This document shows, piece by piece, positions 44,801 to 56,800 of a stretch of 64,000 bases of DNA (the stretch's first letter is position 1; each line of letters opens with the position of its first letter). The notes beneath the pieces are model-generated. The model was not told the origin of the DNA. It was given only the letters and a program-made list of their open reading frames with translations, and did not search any database. A program made the position numbers and the translations under genes. The DNA is from Phoronis australis (lineage: Eukaryota > Animalia > Phoronida), in contig NMRA01000023.1 of NCBI GenBank assembly GCA_002633005.1, positions 1 to 64,000 of the forward strand, written 5' to 3'.

Positions 44801-47800
44801 AAGCAAGTATTACTACAATCTCAAGCAAGTATTGTTACAATCTCAAGCAAGTATTGCTACAATCTCAAGCAAGTATTGTTACAATTTCAAGAAAGTATTG
44901 TTACAATCTCAAGCAAGTATTATTACAATCTCAAGCAAGTATTATTACAATCTCAAGTAATCGCTCCTACTATGAAATAGCAATGTTTGTAAATTATCTC
45001 AATGACGAAAAGCAAAAACAATGGAATAATCAGATATCTAGAACAGATAGTATACTGACATATCTGAAGCATATAAAGTGCCTGATATTCACCTGTGCAG
45101 CATGTCAAAGTACAGCATAGATCACGAGCGAATAGCACTTGAACTTTAGTGAACTTTATGTACACCATACACACTGAGGGTCCAAATAAAACACCATCTC
45201 AAAAATACTCATCCATATAATGAAAACCAGCGTGAACTAATGAACTAACCTGTTCAACTTCAATTGACTGCTTGACCAGCGTGTGCCTGACCATCTTGAA
45301 TGGTTCACCATGAGACAGCTGATTGGTCAAATGGAGATGAGTGTGCGACATCGTATACAAAGTGGGGAAATCTGGCGGAAAATATGACATAGTCACATCT
45401 TTTTGGCATGATATTGTAGCAGCATTTAACAAACTCATTATTTGAAACCAAAAACTCAAGAAAGAAAGGTAACAAACTTGGGATTTTCTGTTTGAGCTTC
45501 AAAGTGGATTCTGCATGAACTGGTGATCAAGAGAGGAAGTAACTTGACATTCCAAACATGGCTGCACTCTCGATGTTGAGTTACTTGACACTCCAAACAC
45601 GGCTGCATTCTCGATGTTCATATCCTATTCTGTTTCGCAATCTATGTCAACTAACTTCAACTCATTTTACACACTGACAGTAGGAGGATGTCCCTTCATA
45701 GTAAAACGCAGATGAATAAATAAACGAAGGAGTATAGCTTTCTCAAACAATAGTGTGTCCAGTTTACACCCCACCAAAGCATCAGGACTATTTTGTGTTG
45801 TGGATGAATGACAATGCTAACTCACCACCACTACTTTGTGTTGTGGTCCAATGACAATGCTAACTCACCACCACTACTTTGTGTTGTGGTCCAATGACAA
45901 TGCTAACTCACCACCACTACTTTGTGTTGTGGTTGAATGACAATGCTAACTCACCACCACTACTTTGTGTTGTGGTTCAATGACAATGCTAACTCACCAC
46001 CACTACTTTCCTCAGGTAACTCCGCCAGGCCCTCATACACTGTGTTATGTTGATAGAGATGAGTTAAGGACATTCTGTCCTTAAGAATGATTTTGTCCAC
46101 AGACTCCACTCTGTGTATGGTTCCCTCATTACTGATGTGCACTGTCTAGAAGAGCAAAGTCTGTCATTGGCAACTACAGCAAAAACGGATAAAACTCAAT
46201 TCATACTGTCAAGCAGACAGATTGACATCCCCAGTGAGATGAGTGAGTTGGAAACCATGGCAACAAGTCAATGGGAATGCACGCTGTCACCCTATAATCT
46301 CATAAGGTTTAAGCTTTACCGTCTGGTGAGTCACTAAAGTTCGCAAAGCCTTCCCACCATTAGTAACACCCATCTGACCTGTGGTCAACCTTGGTGCCCT
46401 ATATTCCCGAACATGAGCATTGGCCAATCCTGCATTGATTGGCCAATCCTGCATTGCCACCTGCACCGTAGTTACCACACTCCCTCCCCCAACAGCAGGA
46501 GACATGACCACTAATACTATGCAAAGGTATAGCTTGGATCATCTTAAGAGTCCATCATCAAACAAAAACATCTTCTTGTCTTAGCTGTCTAATGAATGAG
46601 GCTTGTTGGAAAGCATTCTTGACTATGACCTTGACTATAGCCTAATGGTGCGCAAAAGAAAAATAGCAAAACATAGCAAAACACAAGTCGGCCATGCATA
46701 ACTCACATTTTCGTTTCACTCCGAAAAAGTCCCATGGTATGGTTGTTCTTGTTCGCCCACTCAGACCTTCCGATTCCGATAAGTCACATTTCGCCATACT
46801 CTGATAAAATATCTCATTGAGGTTGGATCCCACTTACTTACAAGAGTATACAAGCATTACAGTACAAGTTACCTTGTCGTGGTTTTTAATGACATCAGAT
46901 TCGTTCCGGAGTGATCGTCGTATTCTAACTCCGTCACTGTAATGGTCCACTTCATACTCGTATTCACCGCTGCCGCCATGATCAACTTCACGTTTTTTGA
47001 ACTTGCTGCGGTCACTAAGCTACAAAAATAATATATGAACATGCATCCATGTTAAAAGCCGAGACCAATCAACGGATAGTCTACAGTGTTCTCAGCAGGT
47101 ATTTTAAGTGCAGTAGAAAAAGAATGTGAGAATCTCACTGGATTCCAGTGAGATTCCAGTGAGATTCTCTCTAAAAGAACCATTTGAGTGAGAATTTAAA
47201 GGAGTCAGTGGGTGGTTGGAAAAAAGTTGGAATTCACAGAAAATTTTTGACAAATTGCGACTGTGAGCCTCCAGTAGGAATTTCAGACTTCAGAATATTT
47301 CCGCAAAAATTGGAATGAGACTTCAATGTGAATTTCGGGTAAACAATCACGCTCATTGGTTGTTCCTGTGGAAATTTCGGTTGGACCAGATTTCTGAATT
47401 TAAAAAAAAATGGCACCACGACTGAACAGTTGACATGAAGCAGAAAAAGAGCGTGAAGACTGTTGACGTTTTTCTCGCAAATATTGAGAGATTACTGAAC
47501 AGTTCCTCTGCAAGTCAACCAGAGGGGATCCTGGACTGAAGTTGTGTGTTAATAATCTTAATAAGGTTAGTAAATTCCATACATCAAGTAGAGTGCATGA
47601 AGCAGCAGTATTAGACTGAAGTCTTCATTGTGTGTTGGTTGCTGAGTTTTTAGTATTGTGTTGATTCACCAAAAGGATTGAAATTGTTAGTTTAAATGTG
47701 CTGTATTTCACTACGTTAACCATTGCAATTAAATTGTACTCATGAAAAGAATCCTACATAGTCACCCTCACCAGTTGAGCGGATTGGGCAATTCAACCGC

Positions 47801-50800
47801 AAACAGATTACAGACACCATGCAGTTGACTACATATTGCCTCAGGCTGCTAATGTTGGCATTCTCTAGATTATTGGACCCACCATAAACACATTTGTGTG
47901 TACAATAGTATCTATCAATTTTCATTTTGAAAGTCTTTTAATAGAATATTTGAATAGTTCATAAGTTTTTGAATTTTGTAAATTGAACAAGATATGTTAA
48001 TTTTACAACCTGAAACATTTTGTAAAATGCTGCCGTGTCATGTTTCTGATTAATTCTGCTGGGTGTGCAACATAATTGGGTCAGGTATCATACCACCTTG
48101 GACTTTGAGGTAAGTCATGTGTCAAACCACCGGGCAGTGGCTGGACTTTGAGGTAAGTCATGTGCCATCGTTAAATACTTGGCATGGAAATAGTCACATT
48201 TCAAGATAACTCACAAAAATAAGCAATGTTTGGTTTCCAATAAAGCTTTCAACTCTGATCTAATTCAGTCAATGGCTAAAATGCACATGCGCACAGTGTA
48301 AAAATGGCCAGTTGCCAATTTGGGCAACTAAACAAAGGGCTGCTCAAAAAGTTTGATTATAGGAGTATTTGTTCGATTTGGAAAGAATTAAAGAAATCAG
48401 ACAGCCTCAACGTGTCCCTCTATGCACAACAGATACTTAGAGCAACATGGCTTTGATGTTTTAGTCAGTGTGTAGCATAAATCATTGAAAAGCTTCAGAC
48501 GCATGAAGCGCCTATAGGAGCATCACCAACTCTTCTGGGGCCAGTTGAGAAAGGTGGCACAGTCTAGTGTGAACTCCGCTCTTATACAGTTGGACTGTGT
48601 AACAAAGCACACCTAAACAAAGGGCTGATAACCAAGCTGTAAAGCAATGAATAGATGAGACCTGAATGCTGATAAGATCTAGTCTGACCTAGCTACGAAC
48701 TCTAGAAACACAAAAACTTCAGCAGTAGTCCCAAGTCTCCACTGTACAAATCATAAAACTTCTGGCCTTGAGGGATTTTGTCCATGGTATGGTGGATTAC
48801 GCTCAGGGGCATTGGTGGCCCTAGGATTGGTGCAAAGATGTATATTAAATGTATTTTGACGTATGTCTCTCAGACTCTCTTATAATGCAGCTAGCTGACT
48901 GGCTATCTAGACAGTGAGTGATCAACGTCTCTAGCTGGCCCAGTGATTGAGCCAGTAGAAACTGTGGCCACAGTTTACTAGTACTAGAGATCACTGTCTA
49001 GTTGGCTATCGTGATTCAATACCGGCTGTCGTGACATGTCAATGCTGATTTAGCGACAATGCAAGTTAGAAACCAGTCAGACCAACTAAATACGTCAATG
49101 AATAGGGATGTAGAAACAGCACTGTGCTGGCTTAACAGTTAAATAGACCTGCCTACTCTTCTTTGTATACTAAGTGCTTCTAAATGAACGCGACAACCAC
49201 GTAGGCTAACAGGAAGCCTATGGGACACTCTTTCTTAAACTCTTTCGCCGGAGAGTTCTCCTTGGTCTTGGGCTCTATGCAGCCAAACTTGAAGGAACGT
49301 CGCAAAAACGCAAAATCACGCGATGCGTCGCAAGAAATCGGCATTCGTAGCTAAGTTTTACGCGAGAGACTGTTGCATCTACTACGGAAAAGATAGCTAT
49401 TGCCGCTGTCTCTGGTTGGTACAAGCACAATTCACCAGCAGACAGCTGCTTCGGCAGTACGGTCTGTTAGGAATCAAATTGCGTTCCCAGGTAGACTCAA
49501 GAATCTCGCGAAGGGAGCTTTTAGCTATTATAATACGTGGCAATATCTCGCGTCTATGGAACGCACGCTTGGCTGAGTCTTTGTCAAAAACTTGCGATAA
49601 CAGATCAGTGTGATAACCAACTGGCCATGCACTCAGACACTCGCTGGCCGGATTCAAGGCCTCGATGGACTTGTTGCGGCAATATTTAATGTCATCATTA
49701 TCTATAGTGTATGATGTCATCAAAACGAACTGAAGAAACGACATGAGACACAGAAATTTCATTTTCCTAATGGGGGTGAACTATTGCCTGCGGCATTCAG
49801 GGCGATTGTAATTTGCCAAGATGATACCCTGACTCAACTTCAGTGAGCCTTCTTGACCCATCGTTCTCTATTGTGCGGGGCTTTTGACACTGAGAGTCCT
49901 GCACGTTTGCTTGTGATCAGTAGCCTTCACATGCTTTTGACTGCACTGCAAGCCAAGTTATGACTTGTTTTGAAAATCGCTCCAGGTTTGCTTGAGAGAC
50001 TATAAAAACAAGATTTTTAGAGTGATTTTAAAATCTATATAGGGCATCGAAAACGAAATGATATTGTAGCGGAAAACTGTCATCATTCACCGTTCGTCTT
50101 GATTTCAGATTTCATCTTGAACATATTATTATATCAAACGAAATTGGTTTCTGTTTCTGTTTCTGTTGACAAAGGAAGTTATTACACTGATCCGAAAATT
50201 TCAAATTTCAGTTGATCCATTCTTGTTGTTTTACTTACCGATTTATATTCTACATTTCATGAAACAATATTATCCTTGGCACAGGCGTCTTCAGCTTCTG
50301 ATCGTCCCCAATACACTACATATAGTAGTATTATATGTAGTGTATTGGGGACGATCAGAAGCTGAACGTCTTCAGCTTCTGATCGTCCCCAATACACTAC
50401 ATATAGTAGTATTATATGTAGTGTATTGGGGACGATCACAAGCTGAAGACGCCTGTGATCCTTGGGAGGATCCAGATCGCCTTATTTAGTTTCAGATTTA
50501 TTTTCTACGTTATTGATCAAGTTAGACAAATGATTTTTGCTACGAATGTAGCTCAATTTACCTTTCTTTTTGGTGAATTTAGTTCATATGGGACACAGTT
50601 TGTGATATATGAGTTGGTAATATATAAATCAGTGTACAGACTTTCTACTTTTAGAAAATTACAGAGTGGATTTCTATAGTTTTATCAGCACATATATCGC
50701 TAAAAGTGCACAGACTTGTGGATAAAGTCCTCCATATAACGCTAAAATCCTAAACAAACCTACCGGTTTATGAGCTATGAACAGGCTTGTAAGGGCCTTT

Positions 50801-53800
50801 TTGAGCATGGAGACTTCATCGTGTTCCTTGGGGTGAACATGGACGAACTCAATCAGACCAACAGGTGTCAGATCAAACAGGAACCTGGATTATCGAGAAA
50901 ATGGTTAAATCAAACATGTTCAGCAAATACACTGAGCATCAATGGACTTGTTGCAACATTTAATGTCATCAAAACGAACTGAAGGAAAAGATGTGAGTTC
51001 AGAAAGTTCACATTTCCATAATGTTGAATTCCAGTCCAAGAAATGAGAATTCCCGTCATGCATTTAAAGATACTCCTTCCGCACCGTTTTTTGTTAAAAT
51101 GGAATTTAACGCAAACTATATCAGTCATGTCCTTAGCCCATATCACTATAGCTCATTCAACTGGACAAATATTCAGTATGAGTTATTTAGTTTAATTTAA
51201 TATTTTAGTCACAACTTTCAGCAAACAAACTTAACCTATGTTCTAAATTGATGAGTGTAAATGAGAGGTTATCTTGAATTACGATGATTGTCAAGGCTCA
51301 AGAGAAAATTTTTGTTAAAATTAATTTACGATTCAAGATAAGTCTCTTGGCAAATAACTTACGGCTTGGTTAGGTCCCATTTCTCGGGGTTCGTAGTGAC
51401 TGAAAAATATAGTTTGAAGACGATTAGGAGATGAAAACCATTTATCTACACAGCATAGGCCGAAACTATTCAATGCAAGGATGTTTACTCTTGGCACATA
51501 CGTCATAGTATGAGATGTCTGTGGCTCTTGGTTTACATGAAATTGGGAAGGTGAGCGTAATCTATACACACACATACATTTCTTCAATTGCAAGGTTCGT
51601 CACTGGTTGAGACTATGCTAGGCGCATAAATGACCTACGTGACAAGCCCACCTGTAGAGTCTGGTCTCCAACCACAGCAAATTGTTTTACCGAGGAATAT
51701 TTTGAGACTAATTTCACCACATTACATGATCCGAGCACAAACATCGTTTTCCTGACAGGAGTCCGGTAGCCGCTTTGAGTCAAGTGAAAGTTTTTGAATA
51801 CTTGATTTTTTTGTCATTTTTATCGATTTTGAATTGTTTGTAAATATTGGTAGAGAACGTGCAAGAACACAGGGCCTTGGGGAGTTTTTGTACCCGATCA
51901 TAATAAGTTTTGATTAATAGCATACAAGTATGTAATGTAATATACAAAAAATCCGTTCACCTCAAACTGTTGCATGTTTGTTTTTATCTTCAATTCACAA
52001 ACATATCTAGTCCAAACAATTACAACTGTGAAAACAAAACCATTACAACTATGAAGCCAAAACCATTACAACTATGAAAACAAAACTATTACAACTATGT
52101 AAATAAAACAACAACAATGGATCAACTGAAATTTTCAGATGTAATAACGTCCTTTGTCAACAGAAACAGAAATAAAGAATTGTCATATAGTGTTTGATTT
52201 TACTTTATTTCTGTTTCTGTTGACAAAGGACGTTATTACATCCGAAAATTTCAGTTGATCTAATCCAGACCTGTTGTTTTATTTACCTATTTATATTCTG
52301 CCTTTCGTGAAACAATAGTATCCTTGGTAGGATCTGCATCACCTTATTTAGTTTCAGATTTATTTTCTACGTTAACTATGTAAACAAATGTACTAGAAAA
52401 ATTACTCATGGGTTTCCATTACAACTGCCCAACGATTAATCGCTATTTCAGACCACCCATTTTCAGAGGCCTGATATCAATCTTTCTTTAGTTAGTCGCC
52501 AAGCTCAGTCTTTTGTCCGCTGTCACGGCGCAAACTCTAATTATCCACCACACGCTGATTTGATACGTTCATGTAAACATGCATTCAATCAACAGTTGTC
52601 AAGAAATAAAAATCCGCATCAGCAATTTGGCCAATTTTTCATATTTTTTCCGGGAAAAAAGGATTCTACGCTCATATTCTTCACGAGGAATTCAATTTCA
52701 GAAGCAAAACACGCTAAAAATTGGCAGTTTCTGTTCTCAACATTTCAATTTATTTCAGTCAGTATTTTATCGCTGATGAGATATTTGCCCTATATGAACA
52801 CAATAGATGCATCGATCAGAAATCGTGATGTCCTGATTCATTATCTATTAGCTTTACTCTTACCAATGTCTTTCCCGGTCAAAATCTGTGACACACTGTC
52901 TATGAACAGTGAATATGACGTGCCGCTAACATCGTCAATCTTCTCATGGTGGCGAATTCGTAACTGGAATACATCATGATAGACTTAGAGCTTTGAAACT
53001 TGGAAAGCAAAGAAGTAAAGTACTTAAATTAAAAATTAAGTTTCATTTATGATTTGCCGTCGGAGTTTCTTGACATCGGAGCCATATCCAAGCGCTCGTA
53101 AATACCTGAGAGTGTGCATAACTCTGTGTAGGGCTAATATTATGAATAACATTAGAAATTTTTAGTAAGAATAAATGCCATATCATCCAATCTGGTGTAA
53201 CGTCAATAGGAAAATTTGCAGAGAAACTTTATTTTAGAATAATTCGTATTAACAGATATTTGTTAAATCTCACATCTATTGGACAAGGGAAGGTTATTGT
53301 TGTCGTTTGTTGGTTTTTGTAAAAAGTTCAATTTTAGACTTAGGAGCTATTTGTTGTAAACAGGAAATTTTAAAGAGAGGCACTGATTTTCTGAGCACCA
53401 TTCATGCCAACTTTTGTAGTAAAATTATTGACAAATAAAAAGGGACAAAACGCAGATACAATAGTTTTGTCCTTCGTAAATAATTTAGACTTAGGTCTGA
53501 GGTGAAATGGCCGACGTGCCTTGCTATACTTGGTACTTCTGGTTGGTGAGAGCAATGCCTACCACGAGAACTTTACAACACAAACACAAAACAGATTTAA
53601 TACATATAATAACATCGAACAGAAATTTCCAAAACATTGAATACACTAGTAATGAACATTGAACACATATAATCTTACGAAACATAAATGTTGATAACAT
53701 TGAATTTTGCAAAAAAAACACGGTATACTGGCTTCCGAATAGCTCAACAGGTGTAATAGACCAGTGTAAAACATTATTTTATACCTTTGCAAGTTCAACT

Positions 53801-56800
53801 TATATAAGCAACGTCTCAGAGGCAAACCTCGAAATTTAGTTATAGTGCGAAAAAATACATCTGTGCGACTGTTCCAAAAAATACATTCAGAATTGGACAA
53901 GTTTACAAATAGATGGTCAATGATGAAGGATTTGATAACAATGTAAAGCAAACAGTTTTTGCATCATTGTTCCCTGTCTTCGTCAGAAAATGTTTAGCAC
54001 AATTCTAGATACCCTTTTCAAATGTTTTGTTTATCAAAGCTCAGCAAGGGAGCTGTCAGGAGGGACATCAGCAGGCACCTCTAACTCCATGAAGTCACCG
54101 GGCCACAGGGTGACAGCAGTGGAGGTCCGGAGGGTGCGGGTGCTAGTGAGCCGCACAACTGACTTTTCGACTGGACGAGGTTCGTAATGGATGAACTCGT
54201 GGTCTTGTATGACTATGAGGTACTTGCTTGGTCTTACAGCGATGTCGTTCAATGTCATAAATGGTATCCCTGCAAGGATATCAACATCAAGAGTGTCGAT
54301 GACAAGGGCATCTAACTGGAGTCGGATGTCACCTCGAACCAACGTAGAGTGAGTTTCACCAATTGAAGAGAGGGGGTGACACCATCGGCCTGGAAGCACC
54401 GTTGAGAAGTTGTGGTTATGGGTACACAAATACGCTTGGCAACAGAAGACTTGATCATATTGGTCTCTCCACTCATGTCGACGGTAATAGACAAGGGGTG
54501 ATGGCGATAAAAGGCGGAGAAGACTGGAGATAATCCTGTGCCAACGCTACAGATAGTGGGGTGCACAGTTGAGGGTGAACCTGCAAAGCCGGCGTAGGAA
54601 GTTGGTTGGTGATCGAACTGCTCATCGCTGTCTGAGTCATGGGTGGCTTCATCCGTACTTGTAGTCAATCGCAGCTTGGAGAAGTAAATGCGGTCTTCTG
54701 GGGGGAGAAAGTTGCACTTGCTCAAAAAATGATCAGAAGGTCTATTTGACGTTTTACACAGGGGACACTGACGTTTCGGTTTTGTCGTCGAACGGCGAGG
54801 GGGTAAACTGGAGTGGGAAGCACGGAGGACTCGAATCTCGGCTGTTGACTAGTTTGTCAAGCATCGATGGAAGTGCTTGGGAAATTCCGGGACGCAGTGA
54901 GGCAAGCGTCTTTGATCGCAACTCGGTGCCGTATCGTCGTTTGACGAAGGCAGGGAGACCTGGATGCACCAGTCGCAGCCAGTGAGTACGACCAGATTTT
55001 CTAATGTGGGTGACATATCTTCATCAGCAGTCACTAATTCTCCGTGATGGGTGACATGACCGCCAGCTTTTAGCAAATTGTCGTCAATAAAAGCCATTCG
55101 TCTCTAATATAGATCTTCAGGTCGCTCAGGCGGGTCGTCCGAGAAGCCTCTTGTGGGGTGGTTCTTCTTTTCCCAGGTGAAGTTTTCCACCAGGAACAAC
55201 ACAAAATTGGCATCGAGGACAAAATGTAAAGTAAATTTTGTCGCCAGGCCTCAAAGCTGATTATGGTTTCAGTTTTCGTGAGGCTCCACTGTTTCGGAGC
55301 TCGTGTAGACATGGTTCTAACCGCTGCTGCCATGCCAGTAACTTAGTAAGAGAATAGAAGGCCAGTCTTGTCTTGTCTTGTAATTCCCAGCAATTGTTTG
55401 GCGCAGCACCATCTAAGTGACGTAGTAACCTAGGGGTAGACGTCCATATAATTGTAGTAATAGCCGAGATTACCCGACTCGAGAATCGAACCAGCGACCC
55501 CTATAAAACCGGCAAGCGTGCTAACCATTCAGCTAATAGGCAATTGCCCGTTAGCGAGTAGCTAACAGAGGCTCATATAATTCACTGGAAGCACATATAC
55601 AACATTCCCCCCTTCCCTACGGAACGGGCACGTGACCAGGAAGGTGAACACCAGGATGTCTCGCATACAGTTCATCAACGTCCCTTGGTACCTTTACCAC
55701 CACAACACAGGTGAACAGAAGGTAGTCTCTCATACAGGTCCTTGACTCCTGGAACCTTCCACGCATGCCGTCCCGAGGTCCATGGGTACTAGTTGGCAGT
55801 GCTTCATCGGTACGACGGTAGATCATCCGTTTGCCAACTACGCCATTTGTAGTAATAGCCGAGATTACCCGACCCGGGGATCGAACCAGCGACCCCCATA
55901 AAACCGGCAAGCGTGCTAACCATTCAGCTAATAGGCAATTGCCCGTTAGTGAGTAGCTAACAGACGCTCATATAATTCACCGGATGCACATCTACAACAT
56001 AATTAAACGACCTGATCTCCAGCAATGGTCACATCACAGATGAGTGGAGCACATACGAGCAGATGTCTGTGGACAATTGTGATACACAGAATGGAGGATT
56101 TCGGAGCACAATAAATTAAGGATCCGCTTCCGGGTCACTGGGGACAGTTCACAGCATTAATATGGCACAGGTGCATTAATAATGACACGAAGCACAAAGC
56201 AAGTCACTGATCCATCCAGTAATGTATAAGCATATACACTCTATATATTTGTACCTGAAGCAGGCCATACAGTAAGGCCGGAAGAGGAAGACAGACCCCT
56301 TACGGCAATGAAATAAACTAACTGAGGAACTCGGTGGCGCTGACTGTATAATAAGGCGAGGGAATCCCAGACCTTTGCTCATCTGACCCTGGGTAAATCC
56401 GATCGCCAGGACTCGGTCACGTCCCACGTCCCTGGCACTATAACTGCTTTAGTTGTCAACCTAGAATCATATCTTAGCATCTCCGTATTCCCAAAACGGG
56501 CAGACATTGTTCTGCGAGGCGGATTCAGGATTTTGAGTTGCCGGGGCGGCCGTGCAGGGCAGAGTATTAGCCATGATTTTGCCTATCAGACATTAGCAAC
56601 TCCGAACTGCCAAACAGAATCTGCCGGGAGAAATTTAGGGCCCCTTGCCCCCCCCCCCCCAAAAAAATCCGCAACTGAATCTTCTTCAACGTTTGAGTTC
56701 TTGCCTACTTAATTCCCATCTCGGTTACCCGTTCATTGACGTCTTCAAGATTTAGACACCCGGCGGTTCCGTGTTTTTGGGACACAAAAATTATTATGAA

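Noticed and set aside
44348-45120. Longest ORFs in the track (210, 195 and 154 aa)
   Set aside because: Open only because of a stop-free 22-bp minisatellite; antisense to real exons
55866-55937. Functional tRNA gene
   Set aside because: A and B boxes are present but the acceptor and anticodon stems are degenerate, and the sequence is duplicated as part of the LTRs
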